DNA from: Psammoneis japonica | Lineage: Eukaryota | DNA length: 64,000 bases | Assembly (NCBI GenBank): GCA_008632985.1 | Contig: QPGO01000255.1 | Coordinates: 1-64,000 of the forward strand | Direction of reading: 5' to 3' | Shown: piece after piece, positions 26,041-38,822 of the stretch | Layout: each line of letters starts with the position of its first letter | How positions within the stretch are numbered: position 1 is the stretch's first letter | Made by a program: the position numbers and the translations under genes | The notes under the pieces: model-generated | Seen by the model: only the letters and a program-made list of their open reading frames with translations | Databases searched by the model: none | What the model was told of the DNA's origin: nothing

Positions 26041-28599
26041 CAGTCGAACTCCCAAATTGTGATTTTACATGCCGAGTGGCAAGTTAGTGGCATCCAACGA
26101 ACAAAACCAAAGAACCGAGCACTTCAACGCGTGGTCTCCAACACACTTCGTACTGTGTCTATAATAACACTTCATCCGGCACCGGCACTTGACCATGGGT
26201 GAGCCGAATGCTTGTGCCTCTCGACGGATGCGGTCCCTTGCAGTCGGTGCTGCATCCCCTGATAGCAGAACAGATGACTTTTCTCGTTGGAATTATCTGG
26301 CACGCTTCAGGAACGCTCGTTTGATGGAGCAGCCCTGTGCTGCGGCTGTAAGTGGCTGTTTTCAACGGATGGGTGGTGTCAAGCTCACGCCCAGAGCCTC
26401 CAGTGGACGTCTAGTTCGATCCACATCACTTCCTGCCAATCTGACTTCCATCATAATAAAACAGTATCATGCCGTCCGCAACAAGATTTCTCTGATGAGA
26501 CTTCCTGGCAAACGCCTAGAAGTGGAATCTTGTGATTTTACACAAACGATGCTATGCTGAACAAGCTCTTCCTGTCCGGGCGTCACCATGATGGCGCACA
26601 CTTAACAGGAATGGACAGCACTGCCAATTCATTCCTACGTAACATGAGCACAACAAGCCGCACGCAGCTCTCATACTGGACACAAAAGAATGGTTTGTCT
26701 TAAAACTGTTATGGCTTCTCTGTGGCATTTGATCCATTTTCAAAGCAAATCTTCTTTCGAGCGAGCGACCGAGTTAGAGCCGTTTTCATTGGCTGAAGAT
26801 CTGACTGTATTTTCAATGTCAATAAAGGATCCCCAGCACGGTTCACCTACAAGTATTGGCTAGACGGAGAAGGTGCTTTCCATGGGCTTAAAAGTTTTTT
26901 GGAGTTGACGTTATGGTCGACAATTGTGGAACAATACCAAGAACCGCTCATACAATCAGTATTCTCTTCCACGGGGGGATGCACATGTAAGACAGTTTCT
27001 TTGTGAACTGCGCGAAAATACGAGGGGGCTTCTAAGTGGGCCGCTAGAGTGAAACATTGCCGACGACAGAACTTGGCCATTTTATGATCTGGTAATCTGA
27101 TTGCGGCAAGGACGACACAACATTTACCGTATGGTAATGGAATCTATAATGTAATGGGCTGTCGTGCATGGTCTGTCCATCTTGATTCACCGTTCAGGAA
27201 ACTTGTGAAGCTTGTCTAACGTTACTGCTCGTGGACGCTCATGCGGGCTTGAAGCGCTTTAGCTAAAAGTTGGCCCTTGAAACGTTCATCTATGAATATA
27301 AGGTACTGGCATCAAGAGCATGTGGTGGCTGAGCTTCAACTGCTTTCTTGTCCCTCGAGATTGACCCATGAGGTCGTCCTGAGACATCTCTACTAGACAG
27401 ACTGTGCGCATGCTCCCTGGGAAGACATTACTAATACCAACATAAAACGACTGCTAGTGTGAGCGTAGCTAGCATTCCATACCAGGTAGGCGATTGCAAC
27501 TACAAACGATTCAAGAACATTAGCTACTGTACAAGCATCCGATGCCGCAGTGGCCACTAGACGTACCTCTTGTGCGCTGTTGTCTTTGTCTTACTGTGGA
27601 AAGATGGAAATGAGTGATCCTTGGAGTGCCAATCTAAATGCGTCATTTTATCTTTTCCGTTTGCCAACAATGTTGTCCCCCGTGAGCAGACGCACAAAAC
27701 CAAATCGACACGTCTCCACTCATTTTTCAACACCTGCCACATCAACAACATCTTCCGTAGTTGGACGACCTTCTGATGTGCTTCCTCATGCTTCTTGCAT
27801 CTGCTGATGTTGGGCTCAAGAAGCCCCATGACAGTCTCCATCACAACAAATCACCTGCATCGTGGAGATCATTGCCAGCGTCAAAAGAAGAGCCACCAAA
27901 ACCAAGGTCATTGTGGATCTGCTGCTCCACTTCTGGTTGCTCCAAGTCAGTGAAGTTCTGCTTAAATGACACCCATGGAGCACTCATCATGAATCATCCC
28001 AAATCCACAAGGTGGGATGTGCAGCCAGGTGTTCCGACATCTGCTGGAAAGGCAATCATTGCATTCTCTCTTGCTTCCCTGCAAAGGGCTCAAGCAAGTC
28101 ACAAACGTCAACATGGTCATCTGCCTCCTGCAAAGACATGTGTGGGCAGTTTGAAAGAGATGGTCCCACTGGGGAGTGCATTCTTGAATGGTTGGGCAAG
28201 CATCCTCAGTCAGAAGGTGTTGGCGCATCAAGAGCTGTTGAGGAAAGGCACGTCAGCACCTCCTCTGAGTTGCCAGAAGTCATCCCAGTTCAGTTGCCCA
28301 TCAATCAGTGACTTGTGCATGTTTGAGAAAGAACCAGGGCCCTTGCAGTGTCTGAAGAAAGTTTCCTTTTTTTGAGTGCATCAAACATTTTAAGAAACAA
28401 CTTGGGTTGGTTCTCACACCCAGCTCTTCAACAGTTGCTTGCATTGCTGTTTTGGAGGAGACAATGGGTTTGTCTTCTCTCAAGGATTGAAACCCAATGG
28501 TTTCCAGCAGTGTTGTGACAGTGTGAGGTGTTGTCCCTCAAGGTGGTGCGGGTCCAAAGTGGGCCAGATTCTGCAAATTGCCAAAGTCACCTCGCCACT

Positions 28600-30600
28600 T
28601 TAACCCTCTCCTGGACCATGAAAACTTGAACATTTCACACAACAAAGTGTCCAGACTGCTTGTTTGCACTCCCCTTGACTTGTTTGTGGAGAGGAATCAC
28701 ATGTTTTCATGTGTTTTTAAAGATGCACACTGAAGCTAATCAGAAAGGTGCCAAAATCATGACACTCAAGTTTCACAGAGTCACACCAAATCAGGCAACA
28801 CCGTGCAGCAATCACCAAGTTGTGCAGCCACATTGCAGCCACACTGCATGTCAATCTTGAGTTTGTCAGGAAATTTGTTGACCCTTCTTGCATCCAGGTT
28901 GGCAGCAGATGCATGGATCACTGCTTGTCCTGTGCTTGTCAATGCAGGTCAACTCTTGACCCCAATCCTTTTGACAAAGCGGTGCTGTGTCATGCTCAAC
29001 AGAGCACCATGTTGTTGTGTTGCACTTGCTGCACTTTTGACACATCCAACAACTTTGTGAATGTGGTTGACCAAAATTGCACCTGATCTGAAGTTGCTTT
29101 TCTGTTGGAAGTCTTGCAGCATTGCCAGCATCATCAGTTGTTTGCTTGAGTGGTTGTCCTGCTGCTGGCATGGATGGTCTGCTTTGAGTGAGATGGTCCC
29201 CCAGTCAGGCCTGTGCTTGAGGCCCTTTACAGAGCACACTAAAGAATTTCCTCACCTTCATCTTTTCCCTGCAAGTGGTTTGATTGTGGTGCCAGCAGAG
29301 TTGATGAAGATCCATCACTGACTCTCCTGCAGTGGTGACACAGAGCTGGAACCAGCAACAGCGAGCTGGCCACAATTGCTCCAAACCAAGAATGTCCTGT
29401 CTTTGCTTGTTGTGTTCATCAACAATTGGGAGGCATTTGTGCTGAAACTCACAGAGTTTTGGGTGCAGAAGATCCTTTGACACCATTTCCCTGCACTCGC
29501 TCTCAAAATTTGACACACGAGGGGTGTCAGATGGAGCCACAATTGCCCACATGTTGACATGAAATGTGCAATGTTTGATTCACTCCACACGCACCCAAGT
29601 GCCATGATCCAATTCACTCTCACACTTTCCATTGCAAGCAAGTGTGACCTGTTTTCCAGAGCCAGATGAGTTGAGGTGTCATGCCATCTTGATTCATCAT
29701 GTGACTGCCTTTGGAAAAAGCTGCGCTGTTCTTTGCAACAAAAGTCGAGTGAACATTGAGCCATTTCCAGACTTCCATGAAACTCACGGCACTGCCGAGC
29801 CATGCATTGCCTCCAACCCAGCTGCGCTCACACCAGCTTGCTCCACTTGACACAGCATTTCAGCCACATGTGGAGGTGTGCTGGAACCATCAGGGAGACT
29901 GGACTGTTCACAGCAGAACTTCTGCCTTTGATGATGTTTGGGCAGCCAAGCAGGGTCATTGTGGCACCAGGATGCCAACAGCGCACTTGGCCCCATTCTG
30001 AAGCATGGCTCCAAGAGTCGTCACAGGCTTGCAGGGCTTTTCATGCAATTTGGAACCCCCACCGCACCCACCTTTGATGTCTTTGGTCTCCAGCCAGACA
30101 TTGACTCGTCCAACAGCAGCAAAAAAGTCATTTTCACACTGCGCGAATGCCAAGAGAAAGGTTCGCAGCAACCAGCCCCACAAGACCACTGGACAAGGCT
30201 CAACAGTGGTGTCTTCTCTCAATGGTGCAGGCACACACCTTCCTCCATTCACTTGCACACCACACAGCCTCCTTTTTGGTGATCAGCAGCACCCTGTGCT
30301 CATGCTGCCTGTGCCTCCTTGGGATTCTGAAACTTGTGTTCTCAGATCTCGTGCGCGTGTGCGCTGCCTTTTCCTGCACAAAATGCCCCCCCCCCTGTGG
30401 TGTTTTCCCAGCAGCCACTGCAGTGTGGGCCAAAACTTCATTGCTCCAACTTGGCATTGCACACCATGCATCCACCCCTTCTCAGCAGGGCTTTCTGTTC
30501 TTGGAGCATCGGGGTGTGACACAGTTTTTGGAGCCCGCCAGACAGACAAGAACGCTCCTGATGTGAAAGCAATGCGCTGATGGCCATTGGCAATGTGGCA
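28600..30600 (-). mobile_element. Degenerate piggyBac-like (DDE_Tnp_1_7) transposon
   Basis: LLDESMSGWRPKTSK, KPCKPVTTLGAMLQNG, VGGNAWLGS (~GDAWFGS), PIVDEHNKQRQDILGLEQLWP.RCCWFQL and a Cys-rich tail. TTAA|CCC end at 28600-28606. The opposite end was not identified. Confidence 0.8.
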
Positions 30601-31146
30601 AAATCACATTTGTAACTCACCATGAAGGCAGGTCTCATGCTCACTTTTTGGCTTTTGCACCAGGACAACATGGCAGTCAGTGTGGAGCGGCGCTGGCAAT
30701 CCACGCGGCGAGTTCTCAGAGGGATCGGCGAGGAGGAGACTTGTGCAGATCAGTCGGCAAGTGGTGAAATTCCAACACTTTCAGAGCCTCTCCCTCTCAG
30801 TCACTAGATCCCTTGCTGACCAGCTCCTTCGCTGTTCGTCCAAACTTTAACAATTTACTTCAGCCGTTCCCTGCCTGTGCGACACGCCATTCGCACGCAT
30901 TCCATTCTGATCCCCCGCCTGTCATTCACACGCGCCTCTACCTTGGAAACCTGCCGGTGCCTCTTCCACTTTCACACACTCTCTCAAGTACCGGTAGGTG
31001 GAGTAGAAAGAGTACGGGCGGGGAACGGGAGTGGCTTCGACCATGCCGCCCGTTGCTGCTGTCCCGTAGTTTAGTTGCCAGATAAAGCCTTTTGTAACAT
31101 TTCCTTTTCAAGCCTTTGTGAAATTTCCTTTTAACTCTTGACGACG

Positions 31147-31785
31147 ATGGGACGAGGAGCACAGAAATCTAAAGGAAAGAAGAAACTAAACAACGGCAAG
31201 AACCCCCATCAACAAGATGGATCGTGGTTGTCAATTGACCCAGCGTGCATTCGTTTTCAGCACTCTCGCATACGACCCTACTTCAGTGGCTGCGGTCGAA
31301 GTGTCAAGGAAACCCTGGAGTCGATTCGAGAAGGAAACCTTTCTCCCTCGGATCTTCCACCTATACAAGTGATTGTTGGACCCAAGGATGAAAGCGGGTT
31401 GCAGTGGTACTTCTCGCTGAATAATCGGCGTTTGTGGGTACTCAAACGTTGCAGAGAGGAAGGTCTTCTGAAGAACAATGTCATTCCTGTTCGCGTTCGT
31501 ACCCCAAAAAGTGAGAGCGAAAGAAATAGATATACTCTGATTAACTGCGCAGTTGAGGCCAGATTCCTTCGAGAAACGGAGCAATCGCGTGATGCACATT
31601 CAGACAGGAAGGACAAGTCGTTGCCGAGAGACCCTAGACAGTATGCGGCACCAAACAAGAATGTCATTGAAAAAAGCTCGCCAGACACGATGCCGTGTGA
31701 AAAGGACCAGGACGACGATGAAACGTCAGATTCTCTCAGCGACGACGTCTGCGCATATACGAATCCGTTCAACATGTTGCTGTAG
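31147..31785 (+). CDS. Hypothetical protein (212 aa) with a ParB/Srx-like core
   Basis: Intact ORF. IRFQHSRI..FSGCG.SV..TL..I...LPPIQV...[13 protein letters not shown] resembles the ParB-like GxRR motif. Confidence 0.75.
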   Translation: MGRGAQKSKGKKKLNNGKNPHQQDGSWLSIDPACIRFQHSRIRPYFSGCGRSVKETLESIREGNLSPSDLPPIQVIVGPKDESGLQWYFSLNNRRLWVLKRCREEGLLKNNVIPVRVRTPKSESERNRYTLINCAVEARFLRETEQSRDAHSDRKDKSLPRDPRQYAAPNKNVIEKSSPDTMPCEKDQDDDETSDSLSDDVCAYTNPFNMLL

Positions 31786-32467
31786 TCTCTTCTAGAGAAG
31801 TCGAAGCACTATAATTTTCTCTCTTAGCATTTACTCTTCCATAAGCTGGTATGTGTGGGCTTGCGTATCTTCAATGCGGTCTTCATCGTGGCCGACAGAT
31901 GATGATGATGTGCTGTTGCTATTGCCGCACCAGCAACAGAAGGGAAAGTGTCCTGAGCAATTACAGCTGCAACCTGACGATGGGATGAACGAGCCAGATG
32001 TCAAGTATTAGAGTCAGTTCAATTAGAGCCAATTTGGAGGTGGCACACCCTCGAGAAGAAGAAGAAAAGCCACCACTATGTCCACGTACGTGCTGAATGC
32101 TTTAACGCCGTTTCGAAGTCTGAGGCTTCTTACCTCCAAAGACCCCCCCAATTCCTTGTCCAATACTCTTGAAGCCAGACACAACGCCGGAACCAATGGT
32201 GAGCGCACCATCCGCGGCGCCAGAAACAACAGACTCTACTCCTTGCCCAACTCCAGCCCCTACGGATGCCACCCCTTCCCCAAGTCCCGAAAGAACCGCT
32301 CTACCGTCACCAGTGGCGACTCCTTTTCCGACACCCTTGGCGATCTGTTGGGCCCCTCCTGTCACTCCGCCGAAGACATGCCCTACACCCTTCCCAGCTC
32401 CTTTGACAACCTTGCCAGCTCCAGCTCCAACTGCAGACACAACAAGTTCAAACGTATGAGGTATTAT

Positions 32468-34664
32468 GGACTATGGAGATTCGGAAAACTTGGTCGCACT
32501 GTCCGTCCGTCACCAGGCATCGGAGGTCAAAATCTGCGGCGATGATGCTCTTTTCGTACCGGTACGAAGAACCGTCATTAAAAGAATAGAAAGAGATTTG
32601 TAAGAGATCACATTCTATTACGTCTACTTTAATATTTAAAGCACTGGTTTAGACATAAAGCTGCACTGAAACCCCCAAGCAATCCACAAGTCAGCGGTCA
32701 TTTCAAGATCCTGCCGCTGGTGGATACCACCACTCATCATGCCACATGCCTTCATGCGTTTCACGGCTTGTTCATTCGCCGACCGATCACTGGCTACAGC
32801 TGCTGAGACAAGAACCGCTTCGCTGGTGAATTTGGGCTCCAACCGCTGCCATTGCTAGCAGCTATACTCAAATACAGGATACAGCCTCCCACTGCCACCA
32901 GTGCTAGTGGGAGCCACATACAGTCTCTAACCGCCGCCAGCGCTAGCAGCTGTGCAGGATACAGCCTCCCACTGCCACCAGCGCCAGCATCATACAGGGA
33001 AACCCACCGCCACCAGATAAAAAGGATAGTAGTGCACAGGCTCCAACCGCCGCCATTGCTAGCAGCTATACAGGATACAGCCTCCCACTGCCACCAGTGC
33101 CAGCATCATACAGGGGTACCAACCGCCACCAGATAAAAAAAGATTGTGGTGCACAGGCTCCAACCGCCGCCAGTGCTAGTGGTTATACAGGATACAGCCT
33201 CCCACTGCCACCAGTGCTGCAGCAGTAGCACACAGGCTCCTACTGCCACCAGTGCTAGCAGCAAAAGGCTCCAACCGCCATAAGGCTCCAACCGCCTCGA
33301 TTGCTACCAGTACACAGGCTCCAACCGCCGCTAGTGCTAGCAAATATACAGGATACAGGCTCACACTGCCACCAGTGCTACAGCAGTAGCACACAGGCTA
33401 CTACTGCCACCAGTTCTAGCAGCAAAAGGCTCCAACTGCCTCAAGTGCCAGTAGTATACATGATCCCACCGCCACCAGTGCTACAGTAGTAGCGATATAT
33501 ACAGGCTCCCACTGCAACCACTGGCCAGTAGCAAAAAAGCTCCAACCACCACCAGTGCCAGCAGCATACAGAAGCATCCACCACCACCACATAATAAGGC
33601 TCCAACCGCCTCGATTGCTACCAGTACACAGGCTCCAACCGCCGCTAGTGCTAGCAAATATACAGGATACAGGCTCACACCGCCACCAGTGCTACAGCAG
33701 CAGCACACAGGCTACTACTGCCACCAATTCTAGCAGCAAAAGGCTCCAACTGCCTCAAGTGCCAGTAGTATACATGATCCCACCGCCACCAGTGCTACAG
33801 TAGTAGCGATATATACAGGCTCCCACTGCAACCACTGGCCAGTAGCAAAAAAGCTCCAACCACCACCAGTGCCAGCAGCATACAGAAGCATCCACCACCA
33901 CCACATAATAAGGCTCCAACCGCCTCGATTGCTACCAGTACACAGGCTCCAACCGCCGCTAGTGCTAGCAAATATACAGGATACAGGCTCACACCGCCAC
34001 CAGTGCTACAGCAGCAGCACACAGGCTACTACTGCCACCAATTCTAGCAGCAAAAGGCTCCAACTGCCTCAAGTGCCAGTAGTATACATGATCCCACCGC
34101 CATCAGTGCTACAGTAGTAGCGATATACAGGCTCCCACTGCCCACTGCAACCACTGGCTAGTGGCAAAAAAGCTCTAACCACCACCAGTGCCAGCATCAT
34201 ACAGGGCTGCCAACCACCACCAGATAAAAAGGACAGTAGTACACAGGCTCCAACCGCCGCCTGTGCAAAAGCAGTAAAAGGCTCCTGCCGCCGCCAGTGC
34301 TACCACATTCAGCCCTGCCATAATAGTCCAGTCCATAAATCATAAATTCATGTTGAAAACAACACCTTCAGAGACGCCACCAATGAGACAGATCTCTTTC
34401 AAACTTTCCAACACACATTGTCACATGTAGAAGCATATACTGTGGTATGGCTACGGGAACGTACTGAAAACGCCGCCGCCGCCGCATCATCATCGTGAAA
34501 GTGCCGTTTGCGTTGGCCTCACGCAAATTTGAATGAGCTGATTGGTGCAACTGCCATTTCAGTATCGCCCCACGTAATATTACGTACGTGGAATCCTACA
34601 CATGTTTGGTAAACGCATGGAAGGACAGGCCGAGTGCGACCATTTTTTCAAATCTCCATAGTCC
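32468..34664. mobile_element. Non-autonomous TIR DNA transposon (2,197 bp), GG...CC termini, AT target-site duplication (ISL2EU/Harbinger-group-like)
   Basis: Left end GGACTATGGAGATTCGGAAAACTTGGTCGCACT. Reverse complement of the right end GGACTATGGAGATTTGAAAAAATGGTCGCACT. Empty site GTATT-AT-TAATCGG at 39986-39999. No transposase motif seen. Confidence 0.85.
32835..34300. repeat. Minisatellite array with a 314-bp higher-order repeat
   Basis: Subunits of about 30-40 bp (AGGCTCCAACCGCC..CAGTGCTAGCAG). Identical ORFs are offset by 314 (33481/33795 and 33555/33869). Confidence 0.9.
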
Positions 34665-36194
34665 ATTAATCGGCAATCACGAAGATCGAGTTGCGTCATA
34701 CGACTTACCGCCTTTAATGTTATTACCGACACCATCTCCAACCCCAGTAACAACACTGTTGACCCCCGCGCCAATTGCTCTAGCTCCCACTCTGTCTGTT
34801 GCATCTTCAACACCTTGTCCCAGAGCCCCTGTCACAGCGCTAAGGCCGTCACCCAACCCTGCTCCTACCTTTTTCAACACATACCCTGCACCAGAACCCG
34901 CAATATTGCCAGTCAAACGCACGTAGTCGCCTTCTTTCCAGTTCTCGTCTCCTTCACGCGATGCGAGATACTTCCAGTCTTGAATGCTCACCGCAGTCAT
35001 CAGCGTGACGAATTTCAGCTAACCGACAAGAAAGAAGTCGCCAAACGTGAGAGACGACATTCATTTTCCCGAACAAATTCACTACGGTATGTTTCTCTTA
35101 CCTTGATTTTTCCAACGTAGTAAGCCTTCAGAATCTCAAAAAGGCGATCGGGAGGCCCCTTGACATTGGTCGCTTCATATCTACCGAAATTCAATTCGGC
35201 TTTGTCGATTTTGAATTTCAATCTTTTGGTAAAATAGTTCATCAGCTTAGCAAACCGCACATCTGTAAGGTCGTCCGGCATGATTAATTTGGTGAGTAAT
35301 CTGCCACCATTACAAATTAGTCAAGTAGAACAATCAATGGAAAGCGCCCTTCGAGATTGGTTGATCAGCGCCGCCCGATATGATAAGGGCACGAGTATTA
35401 CTCGTTTGTGCGTAATAACCTTGACTGAATGGTTCGTGTGAGTGTGCGAGTACGTGTGGATGAGAAAAGAGCGGAGTAGTAACGCCGCCCGATACGATCA
35501 GGGCACGAGTATCACTTGTTTGTTGTTATTGTTTGATTTGTTTGAATATGGGCTAGAATAGCGGCAGCGAGTACCGCGATTGATCTACAAATAAAGAATA
35601 TCTTTGTAAGGTAAAGAAACGACAAAGTTATCTCGTCCAATAGCTGATGACGCTCCACGTATACAGGCTCCATCCTGTCTTTGATTTTCTGCTGCTGCAA
35701 TGTCCAATGTATATGACATAATATCAACCGTGGCGGAAGATCATTGGTGAGTCCAAGTATAGTGAGCTCGGCATAGAGAATAGTGATGACAGTACCGACT
35801 CGGAGCTGGGTACTGACAATGAGTTTGCACCCGACACAGAATACTATGTCATGATAGTGGTCAGGTGCCTTGCTGGTCTTTGTGGATGTAGCATTACGTA
35901 TTAGTATTCCAATTGAATCCAATCGAATCTAGTTCATGTTGTGCATATCCCCGTTCCACGCAAATCCAATCGTATCCAATTGCTCTCGAAGCTTTGCATA
36001 GTCTGGCTCCTGGCTGTCTTTGAGCACTCGGCTCTGGGTTTTCATCCATCCGTGCAATCGCTTGTCCTTCAACATGCAGATGGATCATGTCTTGTTAATT
36101 CGTGAAGCCACAGGAGACGGATGTGGTAGTCGCGGTTCATAATGTGTGACAGGAGGAACTAACCACTGCAGTGGTCAGAAGGGATGTTACTCCC

Positions 36195-36510
36195 TTGAGT
36201 TCCACTACAAGCCAAAACGCTATCGCTACTACTGGCACGCTACTGCTGGTCTGCTGCTACCGGTCCACTACAAGCTATCGCCACTGCTGGTACGCTGCTG
36301 CTGGTCTGCTGCCACCGGTCCACTGCAAGCTATCGCTGTTGCTGGTACGCCACTGCTGGTCTGCTGCTACCGGTCCACTACAAGCTATCGCTACTGCTGG
36401 TACGATACTGCTGGTCTGCTGCTACCGGTCCACTACAAGCCAAAACGTTCTGGTGCGACGCTGTTGCTACTGCTGGTGCGCTACTGGTACACCACTGGTA
36501 CACTACTACC
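36195..36510. repeat. Tandem repeat of ~55-bp units (CTGCTGGTCTGCTGCTACCGGTCCACTACAAGCTATCGC...)
   Basis: Four to five imperfect copies. Confidence 0.85.
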
Positions 36511-36539
36511 GTTGAAATGTTGAACTACTAACTAAACCC

Positions 36540-36635
36540 CTGCAATGATACCCCATGAACCGACAATGACACCCCATGAACCCGACAATGATACCCCATG
36601 AACCCGACAATGATACCCCATGAACCCCAATGAAC
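36540..36635. repeat. 22-23-bp tandem repeat (CGACAATGATACCCCATGAACC), about 4 copies
   Basis: Direct reading of the sequence. Confidence 0.9.
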
Positions 36636-36645
36636 CGACCCCTCC

Positions 36646-37756
36646 TCAACTGAGGCGACGACGCTTCTGCGCTGATTCCAACGCTTCTTTCGCATCAGAG
36701 TAACGACGCTTGAGAGCGCGCATTTCTGCGTCGTCGTCCTCTTGCACCTCATCGATCCTGGTGAGATCCTCCCCTTGATTGTTTGCTGCCAGAAAGCCTT
36801 GGATATGCTGGCTGGCATCCCTCACTGTCTCCTTCGAAGTGAAAGCTAGGTACACCTTGAGGGCATGAACGAGATCTTCCCTGGTGATGCCGTCGATGTT
36901 GAAAACCATCTTTCCGTCGAAGAACTCCCTCATGTACGCGCTGCGATCCCAGCCGAGCCTCTGCAGGTACCGGTGCTTCCCCTTCGCATCTTCGAAACTG
37001 AGAGCGTCACAGTCTTCTACCCGGAGGAGACCAGACGACTTCCTGGCTTGCATGGGGTCGGCATCCTCCAGAGGCTTGGGGTGGACCATCAAAAATTCGT
37101 ACGTGTTGTACTTTGTTGTGGCCTCCTCCAAGTCAGTTACTGCAGCAAAGTGGACTGAACGAGCGCATCAAGGCAGCAGGCAGCAGACGAGACGTTAGTG
37201 CATCAAGAAATTCACGCCATCAAAAATACATTGCTCCCATCATTGCAAACTTACGGGCTTTGGATTCTTCAGCCTCCGCCTTAAACTGCTCAATCTCGGT
37301 GGCCACCTGTTGCCCCTTCATATCCAACAGCTTCTTTTCTTGTTCCTTTTTTGAGACGTGCTCTTCACACTGCTTCACGGCTTCTTTCATGGTTTGTGCC
37401 GTCTCAATCTTGGTACTAATGTCCGGGAGCACCTGCCTCATCTTCAGTTTGCAAGCGGCTGGCACCGCTTTGCTGGGCTTCGACGAGCCATTGACGACAT
37501 TGTGGAAAACAATCTCTTCGACGTCACCTGGGTTGAGCAGTAGGAACTTTTCAACCACCGTGAAATCGCTCCGGCTGAGACGCGTGTCTTCTTTCTTTCT
37601 GGCAAGGGCGAGGGCTTCATCTGTGGAAGGACCCGGCTTGTGCTCACGGCCCATGGATGAAGCAGAGAGCTCCGAAACGTTTGAACCCCCCGAGGTGTTT
37701 TGGCGCAAGGGAGGCGGGGCCAGGGTGCTGTTTGTTTGATTGTTGAAGCTGCTCAT
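36646..37756 (-). CDS. Hypothetical two-exon protein (~330 aa) with coiled-coil segments
   Basis: ATG at 37756 (MSSFNNQ). A GTAAG...CAG intron at 37254-37140 joins ORF 37220..37972 in frame to ORF 36646..37131 (KA-L-TDLEEATT). Basic C-terminus KRRRLS. Confidence 0.7.
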
Positions 37757-38062
37757 GGTGCTCGGCAAATGTGAGAAAGTGAGAAGTGCGGCTCCTCTTT
37801 TTGGAGTGCCCGCAATTTTTTGCAGTCTGTAGAACTTGTACCAAGTTGTACTGTGGACGAATAATTTTGTCTGGATTGGTGCAGTGCAAGAAAGTTGTAG
37901 AACTTGTACCAAAGTGTACACACTGTGGACGAATAATTTTGTGTAGGATTGGTACAGGATATGAAAGTTCAAGTTGAACGAGTGGCAGCGGGGTCATGCA
38001 CATGGCGTGGACAATCCGGCCGTTTTTTCTAATCATTCGTGTCTGAGGATTGAGATTTAAAA

Positions 38063-38365
38063 TACGTCACTCGATGTTTCGGCCACGTCACTCGATGTTT
38101 CGGCCACGTCACTCGATGTTTCGGCCACGTCACTCGATGTTTCGGCCACGTCACTCGATGTTTCGGACACATCACTCGATGTTTCGGACACGTCACTCGA
38201 TGTTTTGGACCTTATGTATTGAGTTCCTCAACGTCACTCGGGTTCGCATCCGTTATGTATTGAGTTCCGGACACATCACTCCATGTTTTGGACTTTATGT
38301 ATTGAGTTCTTCAACGTCACTTGGGTTCGAATACGTTATGTTTTAAGTTCTTCAACGTCACTGAA
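38063..38365. repeat. 21-bp tandem repeat (ACGTCACTCGATGTTTCGGCC), about 7 copies, then degenerating
   Basis: Translates as (RHSMFRP)n in ORF 38050..38346. Confidence 0.95.
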
Positions 38366-38479
38366 GATTTTTGAGACTTGAAGCTGCGAGCTGCGAGGTA
38401 TGAGTTGCGGCAATTTTGGCGAGCTCGTTGTTGCATAACACAAAAGCACGCCACCGTCGGGGATACTACCATACTGTAT

Positions 38480-38822
38480 TAGTCTCTGCAACCTGAGTGA
38501 GATTATCAACATAGCATCTACCCTCCTTGTTTCGCTTTATGGCAAGCTTTGAGTTTGCTTGGGAGTCCAATCTTTCTGAAGATGATCAATTAGCTTTTCG
38601 TTGTAGATCTCCAAGAAACTCGCCTTCATTTTGTACTCGAACTTGTCACTTTCGATGGATATGGCTTGTGACAACTGGATGATACCCCTCTGTGAACCCT
38701 CACCCGCCCCTTGCATTGTTTTGGTTTTTCCGAACCTGTTTGTCCATATGCAAAAAGACATACGTTGTATCCGTCAAGTGCACTCTGCACAAAATCCGAG
38801 ACTTCTTCGTAAACACCTTCTG
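38480..38822 (-). pseudogene. Kinesin-14 (KIFC1/Kar3-like) motor-domain fragment
   Basis: [35 protein letters not shown]...RGII...ASFLEIYNEKLID. Frameshifted and truncated at the duplication boundary. Confidence 0.85.

Larger units (their letters stand above)
31298..35271. repeat. Segmental duplication copy A (interrupted by the 32468-34664 insertion)
   Basis: 31298-32467 matches 38823-39992 (offset 7525), and 34665-35271 matches 39991-40597. Near-identical. Confidence 0.95.
32102..35271 (-). pseudogene. Duplicated 3' end of VPS13 (last exons only)
   Basis: Same Gly-rich C-terminal peptides as 39627-40597. Lacks all upstream exons, and an intron carries the TIR insertion. Confidence 0.85.

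Noticed and set aside
38063..38365. CRISPR-like array
   Set aside because: Head-to-tail 21-bp units without unique spacers, no cas genes, and a eukaryotic context. The same applies to the 32835-34300 and 36195-36635 arrays.
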